A DNA stretch of 64,000 nt from Candidatus Latescibacterota bacterium (GTDB lineage: Bacteria > Latescibacterota > UBA2968 > UBA8231). Both the position numbers and the translations under genes were made by a program. This document shows positions 61,001-64,000 of this stretch, piece after piece. The first letter of the stretch is position 1. Each line of letters opens with the position of its first letter. The notes under the pieces were generated by a model, which was not told where the DNA came from, did not search any database, and saw only the letters and a program-made list of their open reading frames with translations. The stretch is from assembly GCA_965200315.1 (NCBI GenBank), contig OZ241362.1, forward strand, positions 4,320,001-4,384,000. Reading direction: 5' to 3'.

Positions 61001-61159
61001 AGTCGAGATCGGATCAAGGAGAATATATCGGGCGATGTGATTTCTGAATACAGCGTGAAGAAGACAGAGATAGAGAAGATCGTTGACAAAATGCTGATTG
61101 TCGATGACCGAGAGATTAAACTAAAAATAATGACCGCTGTTAGAAAGAGGATTATGTGA
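58067..61159 (+). CDS. Large HerA/FtsK/VirB4-superfamily (DUF87-like) ATPase
   Basis: HIFVSGLTGSGKT (Walker A), VLVIEEAHRLL (Walker B), AEMRSYG (Arg finger), AEQIP, IKNTNTKIIHRL; ~440-aa N-terminal extension. Confidence 0.9.
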   Translation: MANLNNKSLALEKQKVQDRKEGAEELNKIFSDLLPWTIESKDADILAENTIQDWDGIKGFLDPIYLFHIEEISISADAEDTADLIHKRHQAAIVAAYRSGYTLTTIISGDGGGTVDIFLGVSGEQDVKEVFEKQLLGVYPGKGVNFMEESHNERIIRDKIKKKQYKHGGVLTGIPTQKIDGEKQTFDLSSVIRGMNGQEFLLAIVSRPVKKSEAAQQLSELMELKDRCHELAIRNIGFDENVGVNQSQAVQETVGEYVSLAIFGSISMGPIGGGGSKTKTEFSSHSETDTTGWSKSIGQRLSYEAQNTLAMELEHIADKLITRLRNGLNTGIWESFITYATTSSTASQILSGTLAGELIKADPEALPMRNVADELSEEVPLFIPKQRDEKSLIKGNKLLSFVSSDEAALLMAPPLSSVPGYDIRVKPALSLTDTTVRLGHPIGRVSEHGRIVEGSEFRISREDARKHIFVSGLTGSGKTTTVKHILDCIDTPFLVIESAKKEYRRLLSEDKYRASLYVYTVGDSNVSPIRHNPFMVLPGISIITHIDNLKSIFYASFSLYGPMPYILEKCIYNIYKERDWNLTTGKHHRVTIETFEDCQNHRFIYPTIRDLIDEVNRYVQKDLEYKGELKDNIRSAIVARLESLAVGAKGFLFNTHDAIDIEGFLDRNVVLELESLSDDDDKAFFVGLMLSLVSEYRQSLTRQSTLDANDALQHVLVIEEAHRLLKNVQTERTSEMLGNPKGKAVESFCNLIAEMRSYGQGVIVAEQIPTKIAPDVIKNTNTKIIHRLVSLDDQIAVGTGLGLEEHECRYLNQLSAGTALAHKEGMSKPVEISVFNKLQNEPMGDLRIERLGKEINPYLETKLELHESGLLESEHLKAIALRLVNSFFLSKFELDDLLPDAVTTVKKIEQLTYVADETIIRALREWFYRSLFSSTLGFVKEKPIDQEILSIVSRLWDDSTRFDRGRFIYEFDKWLGDCSRDRIKENISGDVISEYSVKKTEIEKIVDKMLIVDDREIKLKIMTAVRKRIM

Positions 61160-61704
61160 TGGTTATTGAGACCGCCGCAATAGGTACGATTGCCGCGGAA
61201 ACCGCTGAAGTTGCTGTTGTGGAAACCACAGAAGCGACAATTGCTGAGAGCCTCCCTGAAGTAAGTGGGGTAACGGAGTTGAGCGAGACTCTTTCTGCAA
61301 TCCAGAAAGAGGTCCCTCGGGAAATCCTCAACGAGAAGGTTGATACGATGCTCCAAGATGAGGCTTTTCGTGCTAAAATTTTGGAAGCAACATATCCCGA
61401 TTTCTCTGAACATTGTAGCTTTGAGACCTATCTTCCAAAGGAAAAATTCTTGGAAAGCGATTATCAGCATTTCAAATATTCTAACGAACAGTTGCACCAA
61501 GCCTGTGAAAATGGCCATCTCGATTCAGCTCAATTCACAGACAGGCAATTGGAACAGATCCGCAATGGAGATAAGCCCGAAGGATATACCTGGCACCACC
61601 ATGAAGAACCGGGACGCATGCAGTTGGTAGATTCTGAAATACACGCCAGGACCCCGCATACAGGTGGCCGTAGCTTGTGGGGTGGTGGAAGTGAAGCCAG
61701 ATAG
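61159..61704 (+). CDS. WHH-type HNH/EndoVII nuclease toxin with acidic N-terminal leader
   Basis: PEGYTWHHHEEPGRMQLVDSEIH..TPHTGGRSLWGGG; TGATG coupling to the ATPase. Confidence 0.9.
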   Translation: MVIETAAIGTIAAETAEVAVVETTEATIAESLPEVSGVTELSETLSAIQKEVPREILNEKVDTMLQDEAFRAKILEATYPDFSEHCSFETYLPKEKFLESDYQHFKYSNEQLHQACENGHLDSAQFTDRQLEQIRNGDKPEGYTWHHHEEPGRMQLVDSEIHARTPHTGGRSLWGGGSEAR

Positions 61705-61719
61705 CAAAGAGAGCACACT

Positions 61720-62118
61720 ATGAATTTAGAGTGGAAATACGTCGAACCATTGGATGAGAGCCAATTGTCTAAAATTGAGGATCATTTTGGCCTTAGATTG
61801 CCGGAGGATTACAAAAAATTACTTGGGGAATGCAATCGGGGAAAACCTACGTTAGAAAGGTTTGATACAGACCATCTAAAGGAATGTGTCCTCGATTATA
61901 TGATCGACCTTGAAGAAACGGTTGGCACAGCCCAAACGCTATCTTCTGAAAATGGTGTCAGTAACCTGATCCCCGTAGCACGCGATCCATTTGGGAATCT
62001 GATCGCCTTTCAGATAGCAGAGCAGCAGGTGGATGGGGTGGTGTTTTGGGATCACGAGCGAGGTAAAATTTCTAATATATCAGATAGCTTTACTGAATTC
62101 TTGAAGAAGCTATACTAA
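61720..62118 (+). CDS. SMI1/KNR4 (SUKH) immunity protein
   Basis: IEDHFGLRLPEDYKKLL..N.G, LIPVARDPFGNLIAF, VVFWDHE, SFTEFLKKLY; directly after the nuclease. Confidence 0.92.
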   Translation: MNLEWKYVEPLDESQLSKIEDHFGLRLPEDYKKLLGECNRGKPTLERFDTDHLKECVLDYMIDLEETVGTAQTLSSENGVSNLIPVARDPFGNLIAFQIAEQQVDGVVFWDHERGKISNISDSFTEFLKKLY

Positions 62119-62176
62119 GTGCGGATCGTATGATGTAGGATTGCTATCGTCCCCATTCTCCTGTACGCCAGTGCCT

Positions 62177-63316
62177 TCAATCCCACCACACTTCGCCGGG
62201 AGCCAGATGGGCGCGCAACAACTCTTCGTTTAAGTCCACCCCGATCCCCGGCCGGTCGGGCACGGTGATGTACCCGCGATCGACGACCGGTCCCCCCCAA
62301 TTTAGGGCGATATCGTCCCACCAAGGACAGTCGAGACCGTGGTGTTCCAGCGCGAGGAAATTCGGCGCGTTGGCACATACGTGTGCGGAAGCCACGGTCC
62401 CCACCGGTGTGCAGATGTTGTGCGGCGCAAAGGCCAGCGAATGCAGCTCGCATAGCTCGGCCACTTTTTTGCCTTCCTGCACCCCGCCAAAACGGGGGAT
62501 GTCGGGCGTGATAATATCCGCGGCCCGGTCTTCGATCATGGGCCGCAGCCCATGACTCATCCAGTGATTTTCACCACAGGCAATGGGTACAGAGGTGTGG
62601 TCGGTCACGTACTTTAGAGCGTCGAGGTTTTCCGGCGGGGTCGGGTCTTCGAGCCACAGGATGTCGATGTCCTCTAATCGCCGGGCCACCCGGAGCGCGT
62701 CCGCCGGCTGATAACTCCAGTGCATGTCCAAACAGAGTTCGACGTCAGCGGGCAGGGCCTCGTAGGCCGCGTGGCTGACGGCACTCATGTACTCGACCTC
62801 GGCCCTAGACAGGGCGCGGTTGTGGTGATCTTTGCGGTACTCCTCGGGAGCGCTGTTGTCGATATCGACCTTGACGACGGTGTACCCGGCTTCTACCCGC
62901 TGGCGCACCCCGTCGGCATAGGCCGCGGGCGAGCGGTCGCCGGGCCGGGCCGTGTCGGCGTAGATGCGCACTCGATCCCGGTACTGGCCGCCGAGCAACT
63001 GCCACAAGGGCAGGCCCGTCATTTTGCCGTGCAGGTCCCACAGCGCCAGTTCAACCCCGGACAAGGCCAGCACAATACTGCCCCCCGTGGACCCAGCACC
63101 GCTCAGCCCGCGGTAGATCTTTTGCGCCAGCCGGACCGGGTGGCGGGGATCTTCGCCAACGAGTAGTCCTTCAATGCGCGTGAGGATGTCCCGCACGCCA
63201 ATGGGTAACTGGGCTTCGCCAATGCCGTAGATTCCCTCATCCGTTTCCACCTTGACCAGCGTCCACGTCCAGGGAATGCCCTGAATCATGACGGATTTAA
63301 TCCCCGTAATTTTCAC
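62177..63316 (-). CDS. Mandelate racemase/muconate lactonizing enzyme family protein
   Basis: ETDEGIYGIGE, ELALWDL.GK, DMH, WLEDP, GEN, PHN. Confidence 0.92.
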   Translation of the reverse strand: MKITGIKSVMIQGIPWTWTLVKVETDEGIYGIGEAQLPIGVRDILTRIEGLLVGEDPRHPVRLAQKIYRGLSGAGSTGGSIVLALSGVELALWDLHGKMTGLPLWQLLGGQYRDRVRIYADTARPGDRSPAAYADGVRQRVEAGYTVVKVDIDNSAPEEYRKDHHNRALSRAEVEYMSAVSHAAYEALPADVELCLDMHWSYQPADALRVARRLEDIDILWLEDPTPPENLDALKYVTDHTSVPIACGENHWMSHGLRPMIEDRAADIITPDIPRFGGVQEGKKVAELCELHSLAFAPHNICTPVGTVASAHVCANAPNFLALEHHGLDCPWWDDIALNWGGPVVDRGYITVPDRPGIGVDLNEELLRAHLAPGEVWWD

Positions 63317-63369
63317 GTGGTCTGTGTTCCTTTTGTTTTTGCGGTGCCATTGGTTTGGACAAAGGAGGG

Positions 63370-64000
63370 CTAAGGGCGCAGTGCCCGCTCGAGGTCGAGG
63401 CGACCGGCCTCCAAGGAGGTGCGGAAGACTTCGACCGTATCCCGGACTCCTTGGACCAGCGATCGATACTGAAGAGGTCCGAGGGCTTGGTTCAGGGCGC
63501 TGTCATCGGCACTCGAAGGATGCGGTAGCGGCGTCGGGTCGAATCCAATTTTGCCCGCCGACTCGGGGAGAACCTCCTCAATTGCAGCGACGATCTGGGC
63601 CATGGAGACCGTGCTGCCCCCCAGATTGTACACTGGGGCCCCTTCGAGCTTGGTCCTCGCCGCGGCGATAAAGGCGGCGGCGACATCATCGGCGTGGTGA
63701 TAGACGAGGGTGCCGCCATAGGTGATCTCGTACTCGCAACCGAGCGCGGCGGCCAGCATGGCCTTGGTCGGGGTGGAGGTCCAGCCTTGGTCGCGCCCCG
63801 GTCCGTACACTACGCACGGGCGCAGACCAATGCTATGCACCGACTGCTCCCGCCAATAGACCTGAGCGGTCCCTTCATTGCACTGCTTGAACACCCCGTA
63901 GAGAGTCGGAGGTAGCAGTGGAGCATCGTGGGCAAGTGGCCCCGGAGGGTACGCTTCCGGGTCGCCGTACACCCCAAACGAGCTTGCAAAGACCAAGTTC
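63370..64000 (-). CDS. NAD-dependent epimerase/dehydratase, 5' end outside the window
   Basis: ASSFGVYG, YGVFK, LRPCVVYGPG, YNLGG. Confidence 0.85.
   Translation of the reverse strand, partial: NLVFASSFGVYGDPEAYPPGPLAHDAPLLPPTLYGVFKQCNEGTAQVYWREQSVHSIGLRPCVVYGPGRDQGWTSTPTKAMLAAALGCEYEITYGGTLVYHHADDVAAAFIAAARTKLEGAPVYNLGGSTVSMAQIVAAIEEVLPESAGKIGFDPTPLPHPSSADDSALNQALGPLQYRSLVQGVRDTVEVFRTSLEAGRLDLERALRP

Noticed and set aside
1-64000. tRNA/rRNA genes or an integrase marking island boundaries
   Set aside because: No T-loop/cloverleaf or rRNA-like sequence and no recombinase ORF recognised by eye; tRNAscan-SE and Infernal would be needed to exclude small RNAs.

Overview
This is a GC-rich bacterial chromosomal segment made mostly of metabolic, transport and lipid genes. 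They include tandem peptide-binding lipoproteins, a D-aminoacylase, a TPP enzyme, Gfo/Idh/MocA oxidoreductases, a sulfatase, lgt, an ElbD-like 4-domain lipid enzyme, an MCE/Mla operon, folA, aspC and nadC. The gene repertoire and a C-terminal 'TAV..SWG.LK' motif suggest a Latescibacterota/Gemmatimonadota-like, possibly host-associated organism (inference only). Four accessory regions interrupt it. (i) A type III R-M locus broken by internal deletions (4.5-7.5 kb). (ii) A small AT-rich 2TM (SLATT-like) cassette (9.0-9.7 kb). (iii) A defence island (21.2-28.1 kb) with an IS1-family element (exact TIRs, 8-bp target duplication, two cargo genes), an MmeI-like type IIL enzyme and a MAD3/MAD4-like ATPase-nuclease pair. 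(iv) The best candidate for an undescribed system: an AT-rich, tightly coupled 5-gene operon (55.3-62.1 kb) encoding a dynamin-like GTPase, a 2TM protein, a ~1030-aa HerA/FtsK-like ATPase, a WHH-type HNH nuclease and an SMI1/KNR4 immunity protein. Also notable is a full-length bacterial homologue of the vertebrate ANKH exporter. No rRNA, tRNA or CRISPR array was seen. All family calls come from motif recognition by eye; no database search was run.
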